64,000 nt of DNA from Tricharina praecox (Eukaryota), in contig NW_026250429.1 in NCBI RefSeq assembly GCF_024521635.1, forward strand, positions 186,001-250,000. The letters run 5' to 3'. A program made the translations under genes and the position numbers. Shown here piece by piece: positions 36,801 through 50,975 of this stretch. Below the pieces are notes generated by a model. It did not search any database. It saw only the letters and a list, made by a program, of their open reading frames with translations, and had not been told where the DNA came from. Every line of letters starts with the position of its first letter. Position 1 is the first letter of the stretch.

Positions 36801-39800
36801 TTGGATCGTTTCTTTCCTTTTTGTATATAAGTATGCATACGTGTGTACAAAATCAACATCGGACTACCGTAGACGATTGCACACGCGAGCTCTCTCCGCC
36901 ACGGCGCCACGGAGATCGGGGGCTCAGGGCTGATTAATGTCAGCGATTCGGCGACATGAGTAGAGCACCCAAGCAGGTATTCTGTGAGTGTGAGAATCAT
37001 CCGGTCGATTCCAGATTCCCAACAGCGGAGGGTCAGCGTATTATAGTAGCTGGTCGAGTAGAGTTGAGTTCAGTTGAGTTGTCTTCCGTAATGCTGTGCT
37101 TCTATGAAGCTTTTATGATGCTCTGCTAGTATTCTACATACAGAGCTACTAGTAGAAGCACTATTCCTATCCATCCACATAGAAAACATAGATCCAATCG
37201 CGGAATTCCCATTCCCCAACAAGTCCCAATAAGCCCAGAGGCCTCGTGTTATCGAGCCAGTCGCTCAATCGAATCGAATCATTATCGACATGGGCCCACC
37301 ATTCACCGTTCACCATTCACCATTCGCCGCTCACGGACGTACTTACGAAAGTTGAAACAAAATAAGGAATCAAACCAGTACGGGGCACGGACCAGTCGCT
37401 GGCCCCGCACCGTCCCGTTCTGGTTCAGCCGTCGTTCGTTCGTTCGTTCCTTACGGGCGCGCGGTCGCGCGCGCTCGCTTGCGCGTGGATCCGATTTCCA
37501 CGGAAACAATCAAATCTGCGCGGACTACGATCTACCTAGCAGAACTAGTTGGTACCGAGAGGGACGGAGGCAAAACTCTAGGGATCTTTGGGGGATCTTT
37601 TGGGGATCTTTTGGCTCAAGGCTCGAGCACGGCCTACGGGACGTGCGACGTTCCGCGAAGGTTTTCTTGTTCTCGAGATCGGGCTTGGGAGTCGAAATTC
37701 AGGGCTGTCGCGACTCTCGCGCCAGGTAGTACCAGTAGGTCTAAGGTGGGTAGGATCAAGAGTCAAGAGTCACAAGGCCGGCGGCCGACTCCCGAGCCCC
37801 GCCCCGAGGCGAGCAGCTGGCTGCTGAAGCTTGAAACGCCGAGGGGGAAACGAAACAAATGCAGCCTGCACAGAGTTACTCCACTCTCAAGTCTACCTAC
37901 CAGCCATGGGCGGGTGTGCGGTGTGTGGTGTGTGTGGACAAGGCGCTTGATTACCAGGAGGTGACACCCGGTACGACCATAAAGTCCCGCACGCAGGCAG
38001 GCAGGCAGCGATCGCACCAATCACCGGTTTCGAGGGCCTTGCAAGATGTTCGAGGTCGGTGGGAGGGATGGAGGGGCCAAGAAACAAAACAGAAAAACAA
38101 AAACAAAACTCTGCAGTGTGGTTGGTTGGAGGGCATGCAGAAACAATTGCATTCAAATGTTATATACAGATTGCCGGATGCGCCCTCCGCCAATATGGAT
38201 ATAGCTGTAGCCTCATGTAGGCGCTCGCTCAGCGCTGACCCATATATCGAGGGCTATATCTATCCATCGAGGTCTCTGAGCTCATAGTAGAGCTATTATG
38301 CTATAATATAGTCCGGTATAGTATAGTATAGTCGCGACTTTTGTTCTCGATTACACGATTCACGATTACACGCCTCGCACCGGAGTTCGACGTGCTTATG
38401 TAGATTACTTGGGCACTACCTACTACCTGTAGTGTGCGGCCGCGCGCTGGTTACCAAAGGTTTAAGGTCCGAAGGTCCGAAGCCAGGCGGTCATCTCGCG
38501 AAGCCCACCGTCGCTCGGCGGGGAGCCCGTCGTGCGGGGCGCTGGCCCGCTGACATGGACTGGTGACCGTGACGTTGCCGCCCGCCCGCCCGCCCGCTAC
38601 TGCACCGGTAGTAGAGCATGTCGGGCGGCGGCGGAGAGGGAGGAAGCGCGGGTAGTTACTAGTGGTTCGATCCGCACATGCTGCCGTGTCCTACGCCGCT
38701 ACGCCGCTGCGCGGAGACGTGGGGGGGCGGGGGGGGCGGGGGGGGAGTTCCTCGAGCGGGCTAGCTATCGACGATTCTCGAATCACGAGTGTGACGTCCA
38801 AGTGAAGTAACCATCTGCGCTTGAAGCAAGCAAGCAGAAAAAAGGCTCGGTGCATCAGTGTGATTTGTGCCTACGATGAGCTTGAACTTTTGTGCTGGTG
38901 GGGGGTTAGTTTTGGTTGCTATCACTACCGTATGTATTGACAGCTGGGTCGCTCTAACCGTGGGGGGGTATGGTCATGGTATGATGCTGATGATGGTCAG
39001 CCAATAATTTCCCGCCGGGCCAAAAATACTAGCGGGTGGTTGGCTGCGACGAGTGGTGCGTAAGAGCATGAGCCTTGATGATGCCGGGCAAGGATCGAAA
39101 ACAATTGCTGGCCAAGGAAAAGAAACGCAGTTCCACGGCGGTCGGTTGGACAGATTCAACGGGGATCGTGGACGGGAGAATAATCTCTAGGTATGCAAAG
39201 TAGGTAATTGATTAATCCATGGCCATGGCACGAGAATGCGAAGGGTGGGACACCAATATCGGCATGACGAGGCCAGACAGAAAATGGACCGGGAAGACGG
39301 GAGGCGACGGAGGGGAAGGGGGGATCTGTGAGTGGAGACTGGAGCTGAACGGCAAAAGAGGCGTTCGTGGGCGAGCGAAAGCCGTGAGACGCGGACGGAG
39401 GCTCCGGCAAAGGCAGGCGGGCAGGCGTGTGCCCGTGTGGCAAGGGAGGAGGCTGAGGAGGTGATGGGGGGGCCGAAGGGCATGAGGGCATGAAGGAATG
39501 AAATTGGGTCGATTTGGGTAGCTTTGGTTGGGGGGGTGGGGGGAATGGCCATAATGCTCTCTCGCTAGCCTTGAGCCCACCGAAAGGCCAAATCGAAATG
39601 GATTTGGCCTGACCGACTAACTGGCGCACAATGCCTGGAGAGACCGCGGCGCCACCTGATTCGCTGACCCGATTCTGAATTTCTGCCTCCACGAAGGGGC
39701 AGGAGGCATCAGCGGCGGGGGTGAGAGGACACCCACCCAGCTGGAGAAGCGCTTCCCAGCACACACGGAGGCAGAGTAGAGTAAGTACAGTAGGTTACAC

Positions 39801-40751
39801 TCGCAAACGTTCCCACTTAACCCTCAGCACTGCCTAACCCTTTCTCCATCCCCCCCTCAAAAAGGTCACCATCGCCGCTTCTTTAAGGACGCCCGAATGA
39901 CCGCGCCGATTACAGAATATTAGAAAGAATCTCACCACCACTATCTTCATCATCAGCAGCAGCAGCAATACCATCATCACTATCGCTATCACCATCATCC
40001 AGCATCGCCACACTCCCCCTCCTAACCACGGCCACTCTATTCGAGCCACCACCATTCTATATTCTGCAACCTTTGATGTGGGATCCTTTACAACCGCTGC
40101 CTCCGAAACCATTACATACAGCCACGCAGAAAAACCCTGACATAATCCCCTCCCGACACTCCCGTCAGAATCGACTCTAATTCTCATGATCCCGCTCGGC
40201 ATCACCGACCGCATCGATATCTCTGCTTTCTGCTTGCTTGTTATTCGTCTAGCCGTCTAGCTTCGTCCGTTCCCTTCGCTTCGCTTAAAAGTGGCTCGAT
40301 TTCCACCTTCACACTGCTCTACTGCTCCTGCTACTGCTCCTACTCTTCAACGGGACATTCGCACATACGACCCTTACGACCCCATACATCGCAACTCTCC
40401 ATACAGACCCTACACATCTCAAAGACACCTCACCACTGAACTCGCCCCTGGAAAACAAACAGCCAGTTGACATCTCGTTTGTTCAAGAAGTTGCCACTTG
40501 CTTCCGGAAACCACTTAATAATCCGTCATCCCCCCACCCCGTGAAGAATATCGCCTTTATAATCTCAATATATTCCCGACTTTCAACATTCAACACACCT
40601 TCACACACCCTACCACTACCACCACTATCACCATTACCACCACTACTACCACCACTACTACTACATACAACCCATCGCCTCCGAAACATACACCTACAAT
40701 AGCTACCCACTACGACCATCACAAGCTGTTCTCCAACATACTTCGCCCGCA

Positions 40752-42112
40752 ATGTTTTCGACGTATCTGCGACATGGTTCCGACGACGACAGCAGTAGCA
40801 TGTCTTCGTCCACCTACGATAGCTCGCGTCAGAGCTCAGTGCCCGATTCTGTCCCCTCATTAGACCACCACTCGGCGGGAACGAGTTTCGATACCCCACA
40901 AGAGTCGGAATTGTTCGACTCGGCCTCGGGTGCCTCGTTGAACACGTACTGCACCACCGTTGCTTCCATCAACGAGGACGACGACGATATCTACAACTGC
41001 TACGAAGACTACACAGACGAGCCTTCCCGGAGTAAAGCCGTTCCGGCAACACCGCAAGAGTTCGCCGAACACTTTCCATCCACCAGACGGCTCATCATCA
41101 AGCACGACGACTCGACGCTCGACGGAAACATGAACGTGCGCGTCGATTGCGACGCGCCCACGAGACGCGAGCACGACCGACGCATCACACTCTTCCACCT
41201 TCGCATGTACGACCTCAGGGATCGCGACTTTTCTGTCCGTCGGTACGGACGGGATTGTGGACGTGAGGTGGCTCACGTGAAGCGGAAGGTCGCCAAGACG
41301 GTCCTCCAGCGACCGGTCCTCCGCAAGGCTCTCAGCAGTTTCCGCAGCAAATCCTCGGCCGACGAGCTGAGAAAGGTTGAGCGCGTGGATAGTGGCTACG
41401 GATCCAATCCCGACGACGAGGAGGAGCCCGATGTCAGCCCCACTACACCTGGTGGCACAAAACCGACCAACACTTGCACGCTCGAGTTCTCAAACTACGC
41501 ACACGTGGACCTGACCCGCCGCGGCGCCAAGTCCGGCAAGAAGTACGATTTTGAGTACTGGGGAAAGAGTTATTCTTGGCGGAGGCGCATCGCTGCTGGG
41601 ATGTCCGAGGAGGTGTCTTATGAGCTCCACAACAATGCCACAAACAACGTTGTCGCTTACATCCGACCCGACATTCTGACTCCCGCGATGGTCGCGATCG
41701 AGGAGGCAAAGGGCGGATTCGTACCGCCGTGTTCCTTGTACTTTAACGACTCAAACACCGATCCCATCAACAGTAACACAGCAGATGTTGCAGAGTGAGT
41801 AACACCTTATCCTGCCGTACCTAGTAAACTCTACTGACACAGCCCCGCAGTGTCATCATCACCACTGGACTAGTCGCCTTGGTGGACGATTGCATCAAGC
41901 GCAAGTACCACAAGAAGAAGTCGGTCCGACTGGTATTGCCCACGACGGGCAAGACACCACTGAAGATGAACATGGAGTACGTGGGGCCGAAGCGGTTCAT
42001 CGACGAGATGTTCCACCGCCGACCAATCATCAGCCGGAGTCAGTCGGTACAATTCGGGCGCACTGCGCCGCCGACGTCGCCGACACCGCCACGCAGGATG
42101 TTCACGAGTTGA
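40752..42112 (+). CDS. Conserved hypothetical filamentous-ascomycete protein (exons 40752-41794, 41851-42112)
   Basis: 348-codon ORF with a protein-like core (FPSTRRLIIKHDDSTLDGNMNVRVD..ITLFHLRMYDL..FSVRRYGRDCGREVAH..LEFSNYAHV..YDFEYWG). A GTGAGT..CTGAC..CAG intron at 41795-41850 joins it in frame to DVIITTGLVALVDDCIKRK. Confidence 0.88.
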
Positions 42113-45100
42113 TTTCGTCCGCGCGTCATCCTCTTGTGCTCTTCCTTTTTTGCTTGCCACATTACCACATTACCCCACCACCTAAACGACAGCACATGCG
42201 GCGACATCACATCGTATCGTATCGCATGGACTCTGTTGCGGTTGGCGGAAACCCACGCTTTGCAGTTGCGTTTCCGTCGAAGCCGGTATATATATATCTG
42301 TATTTGTGCATATCTTCATCTTTTTCTTTTCATCTTTTTCTTCTTTTCATCTTTTTCTTCTTTTCATCTTCTTTTCTTCTTCTCCTTCTCCTCCTCCTCT
42401 TAGTACGTGATGCACTACCGTCATCACCTGAGTTCCGGCGTCTTCATCTTTGCTTTTACATACCTACGCGGGGGATTTATCGCGCACTTCTTCCGGGCAA
42501 GAGGTTACGCTTTTTGGGTTGTTCCTGTGCTTTCTTTCTTTCTTCCTTTGCTTTTTTGTTGGTTTTTTTTATGGGGTCTGTTTTTTTCTCGGAGAACTAC
42601 GATATAGGGAAATCCCGCGATGGGGGTGGACGGAGTGGTATTTACGGAGCAGAGCGGGGCGCGGCGGCGGCAGCGGCGCTGGATTGGTTTATTGGGCTCG
42701 GTTTAAGTTTGGCCTTTGGGGATGGGAACAGTGGTTGGTGGAAATACAGGACAGGACAGGACAGCAGAGGAGGGGAGGGGTGGCTATGGCAGTGGTTGTA
42801 ACTTAGGGTGGGACTGTGATGGGATTGTGACGGTTGTGATGGTTTTTCTTTGGTTTTTCCTGCTTGTTCTTGTGACGGATTATGGCACTGGATGGGGCTC
42901 TGTGTATGGACGGTGGATGGATACTGGATGTATGGATGGAATGGTCAATGATGGAATGTACTCTACAGGTCTCGTAATACCTCAATTTTTTATCACTCAC
43001 TCGCGCACGGGACGTCGTTTCGCCATGCTATGCCATGCCATGCTCTGGAGTCTGTCGCGACTCTCCTGACGTCGAACGTCGAATACTGGGCTATGCTTGG
43101 GTACTTGGGTACATACCCACTTTCTTTCTTTTCTTCTTGCTTTCTTCTTGCTTTCTTCTTCGTTCCTTCCCCCTCGCCACATATTGGCCCGTATATTGGC
43201 CGCGCAGTGCAGCGCCGCGCAGTTCAGTGGCTGCAGTACAGTACAGTGGGTGGGTGTTTTATCATTTATCTTGTACGCCGCTCGAATCGAAGATCGAAAA
43301 TCGAACAATATTTCATCTGCGACCGGCGACTGACTGGCGACTGGTGACGGAGATCATGTTCTGTTCCGGACCGCCGCCGCCGCCGTTCTCCCATGAACGG
43401 CCACGATGGCCATGACCGGCGACGAACGGTTACGAGCTGCCACGGACGGCCACGAGAAGAAAGTACCGTGGCCGTGGTTTCCGCGGGACTGCAGGACTCT
43501 GCGGATAGGACTGCAGCGGACAGGACAGTAAAACCTAGGCCGTGATCGCGACCGTGGATGATGTCTATACTGTAGGTAGTATAGGTACATAGGCCCATAC
43601 GAGCGATACCTGAGCGACCGATAGACCGATAGACCGACTGAGCGACTGAGCGACTGAGCGACCGAACGGCGAGGACCATAGACCGGCGACAAATGACCGA
43701 ACGGCGAGGACGACAGACCGGCGAGGACGGCGGGCGGATGACCGAACGGCGAAGACCGTAGACCACAGACCACAGACTACAGGCCGAACGGCGAGGACCA
43801 TGGTCCATAACTAGACCATAGACCACAGACAGACGACAGACACATACAGCGCCACCCCACGGCGGACGCTGGTTCGTCCGAACCCACCGGTTCTCACTGC
43901 TCACCGCCGACTGGATGTATATAGTACTAGTATCCTGTTTCCTGTGCCGTATCTTGTGTCTTGTACCGTATCTTGTAGAGTATCATGTACGGTAGCTATC
44001 CTGGACAGAAGTAGAGTACATAGAGTAGAGTACTCTACCAAGAGTACCTATCTAGAGTATCTACTGGACAGAAGCAGAGTATCTAGAGCACCCCCCTACC
44101 TCCTCACCGTACTCTACTTAGAAGTTAGAGTACGGCGCGAGAATTATTATTTTTCTCACTGTGCGGGCGGGGGGCGGTGGGGGGTGATCGTCTCACGGTC
44201 TCAAGCGGGGGTTGCCGTCTCAAACTCCCAGACTTTTCAAATTCCCAGACTTCTCAAATTCCCAGGCTCGCAAGCGGGGGTCTTCGTCTCAGTCGTCTCG
44301 GCGGGCGGGGAGGGGCACGCAGTGCGTACCGACGATCCGTGCTTCTTACTTTCTGCCTCTGCCTGTGCCTCTGCCTCTGCTTGTGATTGTGATTGTTTTT
44401 TTCTTCATCACGCAGTATTCAGACTCGCTCGCGCAGTTTCATTCCGGGCTGGAGGACTCGCTGTGTCGCGGTGTGGACTCGCTCACTCCTCACCCCCAAG
44501 TTCCAGGCCGATTGCGGACTCGACTGCATGAGCGAGCGAGCGAGCGAGTTCTTTGTTTTTCTTTCCTGCGTGTCGCTCACTCGCGCAACGAGACGCAACG
44601 CACAGCATGGTAGGTGAATGGTGGGTATGGTAGGTCGTATGGTAGGTCGTATGCAAAAACAAACCCTGCTGCGTCGATGCTGCGTTGTTGTTCTACTAGG
44701 AACTGTACGGACCACGGACCACGGACCACGGTAGGTGGATACCGTGCTCGACTGGGAGTCGAGAGCTATCTGGCGACTGCTACATACACAGATGGGTGTT
44801 GGGGTGTTGGTTGTTTCGCTGGCGAGGAATGTGGAATGTGAAATGGAATGTGAAATGGAATGTGATTGTGGAATCATGCTTCTGGCTGCTGGCTGGGGTT
44901 GGAGGGGGGGGGGGGGGGGGGGGGGGGAGGGGGAGGGGGTGCGACGGGGGAGGGCCGAGGGGGAAGGGGGAGGGGAGACGGGGGGTGCCGACTGACTTGA
45001 CTTCCCCGCTCTCCTGGTCTCGCCAACTCATGCACGCAGCACGCAGCACGCTCACTCCATGCTACATAGGTGCGGGGTGACCGGTCGTGAAGGAGGGGTG

Positions 45101-46934
45101 CACTGTGCACTCCTACATAGGAGCGGCTGGATATTTGCAGATTCACAACTCGCAGCTCGTGGGAGAGGGAGAGTCGAGACGGGACCGAACACGGGAGGGG
45201 AGGGGTAACCATGGTGTACATATCAGCTATGTAGTAAGCTAAGCAGCCCTACCGGTGAACCGTGACGATCCGGAAGCTGGAGCGGATAAAGATAGATCAT
45301 AGTTAGAGGTTACATAGAAGTTAGAACTGGCTGGAGACGGGGTCGCGGTCGCGGGGTGGCTTAGGTATGAGGGGTGGCTTACTCGTAACTCGGATGTGGC
45401 TGGGGAGTTTGAGTTTGGCTTTGAGTTTGGCTTTGAGCGTGCCAGACTTGTAGTGCGGTGTGAAGGAGTCAAGTATATCTGGAGTTTCGGGACTGGGCTG
45501 CGCTGGGAAAAGTTACCGCCCAGCCGCTCAGCACAACACACCGCAGTACAGCGCATTGGTGAGGCCTCAGGCGCAGGCGGGCGTACGTGAAGTACTGAGG
45601 CGGCTAGTTACTATACATACGCTCGGGTGCGGGTGCGGTGTGGGGGCGTGGCCTGGCCGAGCTTTCAGCGCCTCAGGCACCTTCGTCCTAGGCATGTACA
45701 TGGTTACCGGGCGTAGATAGTCAGGGCCCAGGCAGCACTGCAGCGAATGTGCCGGCTGGTGGACTAACTAAGCTCTGGACGATGGACGATGGACGGCAGA
45801 CGATGGACGGTGGACAATGGACAAGAACATGGCAACAAACAACCGTCGAGAATAGTTAAGAATATCTGAATAAGTCGTTGCCGCGTCGTGATGCGAACTG
45901 TACAGCTGTACAATACAGCTTTACCGATATACCCAGTACAGATGATACTTCTGACGCTGAATCCTGATTGCAACCGTCCGCAGTCACCAGTGCGCACGTT
46001 GGCTGGAGCCGAGGGTGAGATTTCAGCCCTACGGCCATGTTGCGAGCTTACGAGCTTACGATACAGCTACAGCTACCGGTATGTTTATTGTTGCTATGTA
46101 TGATACGTACATGGATTTCAGAATACTTTTGCATTCCGGTGCGGCGGTGCCTGGTAGGCAGGTATCCCCGCTGTCACCACTCACCTCCAGGCTTCCGGTC
46201 TGGAGGTGGAAGGGTGGAGGCTGGAGGCTGGAAGCTGGTCTGGCGTCACTTCTAAATCTACACTTCTACTGTTCTACACATGTATGATATGTACTCCGGA
46301 GGCTGGAGCCCGAGTTGGGTCTCTTCAAGCCTCAATCCTCAAGCCCGAAGGTCTAGAAGTGGCGCAAGAGTATGCACTATTACATATAGACGGGCCTGCT
46401 ACAGCCTGCTCAGAGCTCTATGTAGGAGACTAGGGACGAGGAAAGATGTGTTTCTGAATCGTCCCTCCAATGCCCGCATAAACACGTTCCAAATTCCCCT
46501 CAGTCCGCAAGGCTGGAGTCTGAAGTCTGGACACTGGAGCGACCGGCCGGGATGCGTCGAGACTCGACAGTTGTCCTTCCTGCACCGAAGCTTCCATCTC
46601 GCCTTGCGGGGGAAAGCTGCCCTATCCACGTCTCGTCTGGGGCGCAAGGCTGGCACCCATGCATACTTAGGTAGAGTAGGTACACGACCGTGGCATAACG
46701 GCGATACGGAACGCAGGAATGCAGGAATGCAGGAATATAGCCTGCAGCCTGTAGCAGCCGTGGGAGCCTGCGAGCCTGGGGGGTGCGAGGGTGCGTGTGA
46801 TCCACTCATCCGGCGCATGCATAATGATGGGGCAAAGCTGCAAGATGATAGATCTGCTCTTTAAGCTTTAAGCCTTTAACTGGGACACGCGGCAGCCACA
46901 GTGCCACTGTCTGCCACGCGACGACGTGAGGCGT

Positions 46935-47153
46935 GGCTGCGTGGCTGGATGGCTGATGGCTGCGTGGCTGGATGGCTGATGGCTGCGTGGCTGGATGGCT
47001 GATGGCTGCGTGGCTGGATGGCTGATGGCTGCGTGGCTGGATGGCTGATGGCTGCGTGGCTGGATGGCTGATGGCTGCGTGGCTGGATGGCTGATGGCTG
47101 CGTGGCTGGATGGCTGATGGCTGCGTGGCTGGATGGCTGATGGCTGCGTGGCT
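46935..47153. repeat. Perfect 23-bp minisatellite (GGCTGCGTGGCTGGATGGCTGAT) x9.5
   Basis: Nine identical full units and one partial unit, with no spacers. Confidence 0.97.
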
Positions 47154-48239
47154 ATATACTCAAAAGGCGAAGCCTGACTGAGCCTATGTATGACATATGT
47201 AGAGTACCCACGTCAGTACTGAGGTCGGCCTCAAGGCTCACCCCGCGCCTTGCTATAACACTGCGGTTTATTGTACACATAGTGCACACGGCTGGGCGTC
47301 GGAGTCGGGGCCGTTGGCTAGTAGCTACCGGTACTGACGTAAGAACAGCAAAGACACACTACACTCCCAAGGTTGCAAGGCTGCAAGGCGGGAAAGGGCA
47401 CATCGAGACTTGGAGTCCGGACGTGCGAGTCCAGTGCCCTACATATCGTCGTCCTGACTCTTGACTCCTGACACCGCACTCCAGTCTAGTCTCGGCGGAG
47501 GCGGAGGTGGAGGCAGACACGGGAAACCTTTCGTCCCGCCGCCCGGTGCAGCGGTGCAGCCGGTGCTCAACAAACTGCGCAGGTGCCAGACCTCAGGGGG
47601 GTGTGTCTGATGTCAGTAGCTGATTGTGTTCAACAGAGGTCGTCCAAGCATACAAGCATAGGTAGACTGCAGAGTAGGTAGCTGCGCCATCCGCGCGGCG
47701 CGGGGAGGATTGAAACTTGAAAATTGTCTTCAAGATTGATTCATGATTCATGATCCTCGACTGCGCAAGGTCGATCAACCCCCGAGTCTCAACTCGCAAG
47801 GTCCAGGTCAAGGATCCCACCGAAGCACGAAACACTGTAGGTAGACTGTGGCTGTGCCGCTGTGAAATGAGGCTGCACTGCTGCACTACCATAGTCTACA
47901 ACTACGGGCGTCGGGCGTCGGGAGGAATCCACTATCCATGTTGAGTGAACAGTGAACACGGCAGTTGCCAGTTGCACTGCATTACACGAAGTTGTATTCC
48001 GTCACGGTGTCACGGCGTCACCGTGTAGAGTATGCACGCGAATCGAGGTGAGAAACAGACGGCGGTACCAGTAGTAGCAGCTGGGAGCCTTGTGCGCACG
48101 CAGGCAGACAGGATATACAATCGTGTGACGAGCAGAGTAGCATTGAAGAGACGAACAGTAGCACGAACGAGATCCCCGAAACCGACGAATGCGCCGGATC
48201 GGGGAATGAATGGCAGCCCGACAGCCTCGCCGCGGGAGT

Positions 48240-49625
48240 CGGGACAGTATGGCGGGTGATATCCTGTGACGATGTGCGGGGCATTCACTCATCGTGCGTC
48301 ATGTGGGCGCAGCGTGAAACATAGAGTACGTCGTGCCAGTAGTAGACAGCCGTAGGATGACGAAACAAGAAAAAGAAAAGAAAGAAAAAAGAAGGAAAGA
48401 AAAAAGAAGGAAAGAAAATGATCCTGCAGGTTAGGTATGCGAATCATTATCCAACGGCGTCGATATGAATAATGAGTCGCTACAGCTACAGCTACAGCTA
48501 CATACGGACCAGTATCGGCGTGTGTATCCGGTCCGGTCCAGCGTCAATGCTAAATACTAGAGTATACATACACGGTCCAGCGCAGAAGCACAACACCCTC
48601 GGATCCGAAGTGGCAGCCAGCCAGCTATGGTAGGCAGCCAGACGCTTTGAAGTTCTAAGTTCGAAACCCCCGGCTGGGAAAAAGAGAAGATGTGTTTCTA
48701 GTACCTATCTACACCGCAGATCCGCGGGTCCGCAGCGAAGCATAAGGGTTTATCCGATCTGCCTGAGCATCCACCCTGCATGGAAGAATAAGATCTCTCG
48801 GTGCAGCAACTCTGCGACTCTGCGAGAAGGCCGCCTATCAGCCAGGCAGCCAGGCTCGCAGCCTTCTGCCAGGCGCCAACCCCCAGCACAGCAGAACTGA
48901 GAACACCATCGGTCTATTGCGGGAAAAAGACACAACACAACCCCACTACGTTTCCGCACACACCACACGCTGGGTTTCCTACCTGCCTGCCTGCCATACT
49001 TCCCAGCCAGCCAGCCAGCCAGCATGTCTACCTATCGACGAGCGGACCGCGGTGCCAGATACCTACTGACGTCGCCGTCCGCCACCGCAGTCCAAACACG
49101 GGAGGTGCGGTATCCAGAGTCCAGAAGCGGCCGAACTCGAGCTCGAACCGAGGCTTTCGCGACCGCCTCGAGCCTTGCGGCAGTGGGTAATAGGTATATT
49201 ACCTAGTACGGACGAGACGCTTCGGTGGAACAGCCAGCCAGCTAATGCGTGCATTGCGCGCCCCGTCGTGGGCGAGGGGCGGAGTAGGAGGGGCGACGAC
49301 GGAAAGGCTTGTACCGGCGGTACCGCTACTACCGTAGTCTGCGTTGCGTTGCGCTGCGCTGCGTTGCCTAAAGCGGCGGTCCACGATTCCACGGCAAGTC
49401 ATGGACTCATGGCCCATGACTCATGGTGCTCTCCAATCTCGCACGGCGCACGCACAGCTAGGCGGCAGGCGGGAGGCGTGCTGGTGCTCACGGTGCGAGC
49501 ACGCTCTGTAGGGGTGTGCGAGCACGAAATACGCACGAACACGCCAGTGCGATCATCGTGAATTCGTGGTGGCGGCGACGAGTGGCGAGTGGTGGGTGAT
49601 ATCGTGTGCTTTGACCACCGTGTAG
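48240..49625 (-). repeat. Right arm of a ~1.35 kb diverged inverted repeat
   Basis: Reverse complement aligns colinearly with 25285-26632, with substitutions and indels. Confidence 0.93.
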
Positions 49626-50975
49626 GCGTCGATAATGTAGCCTGTACTATGTAGGCGCGTTGGATGCAGGTCAACTAGCAACAAACACGCAGTGGAGTAG
49701 GAGCGGTAACTTGCACGCCAGACTCCTGTGCCGCCACCGCGTGGCTATGCTCAGTGCGGGACCCACTGAGCCTGGGCCCTGGACAGACTACAGTTGTGAA
49801 GCTTGAACGGTGGACCGTGATCTCGCCCACCGAAACTTTAAACAGTGGCTCGTGAGGAAAATTAGGACCCTCTCACTGGACAGGAGTAGTGGGAGGAGGA
49901 GGAGGAGGACTCATGGGTCTCGAACCATAATCCGGCGTGTGGGGCTCCTGGCCATCAGGGACCGTTGGACCGTTGCGTTCCGGGAGGATGGGGATGGGGA
50001 TGAACGAGTGGGACGGACCCGTGTCTATTATGTATTGTATGCAAGTTCGTATCTCATGGATCATGCGTGGCTGCCTCGAACATACCGATTCTACTACACC
50101 CCGGGTCCAGGCTCTCCCTGTTCCTCGCCCGTACTCAATAGCCATCCTCACAGAATCACAGAATACAGACAGGGACGGCAGGTCGAGGCTGTGCTGTTCT
50201 CAGTGTCCAGGCTGGTCGATCTATCGTCATAGTATATATCTGAGTAGAGTAGAGAATTCACCCCTCTTCGGCGTCGTTGTTTGGTTGTTTATTGATTCCG
50301 TGCAGCCTACTGTATCTGGACTATGGTCATACCTATATACACTCAGAAACTCTTCCTAATCCTGTCTGCAGCCCCTGTAGGTAATGGGCTCGGTGCAGCA
50401 ACTTTGTCTTGTTTGTTTTTATTCGATCATACGGTCATACGATCATACTCGCATCTAGTCCGTCTAGACTACAGCGGCACTGTCGTTGGTCATCCTCTTC
50501 GGTGTCTCCTCTCCTTTACAGACGCTACTCGATAACTACCATAAGGTCAAACGAACGAGAGTTAATGAGCATTGCAGTTGAGTCGGAGCTCTTGCTTTGC
50601 GACACACGGATAGTGTCGGTGGTGCTGTACATTTCTATCTGGCGAGATTCAACGATATCCCACTGTTCCTTTCCTGCCGGTGAAACCAACGTAATCGATC
50701 AAGCATAGGTACTCCTTCGTGATGGCAGGCAGGTGGACACTCTGGTTTGATACTCAAGAGCAACATCAACTCTACCAGATCGATTCACGAGTATTCGGAC
50801 AGCCACCCTACTACCAAGTACCACCCAGACTGTCCGAATAGCCATGCAATCATCCAGGTAGTAAATGTGATTTCAGTCCGTCAACTACCCGATTACAGAC
50901 GGGTATAGAACCTAGGAAACAATCCCTCTGTTCCCCGATTCCCCGATTCCCTCCCGCCATTCTCATCCATTCCCC

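Noticed and set aside
41890..42801. 303-aa ORF in the track
   Set aside because: An off-frame overlap of the real last exon running into T-rich 3' UTR; low-complexity translation.
46935..47153. CRISPR-like array
   Set aside because: Contiguous identical units with no unique spacers, no cas genes, and a eukaryotic context.
50792..50840. 11-bp inverted repeat (TATTCGGACAG/CTGTCCGAATA) downstream of TDA10
   Set aside because: A single short stem that could arise by chance; no other supporting structure.
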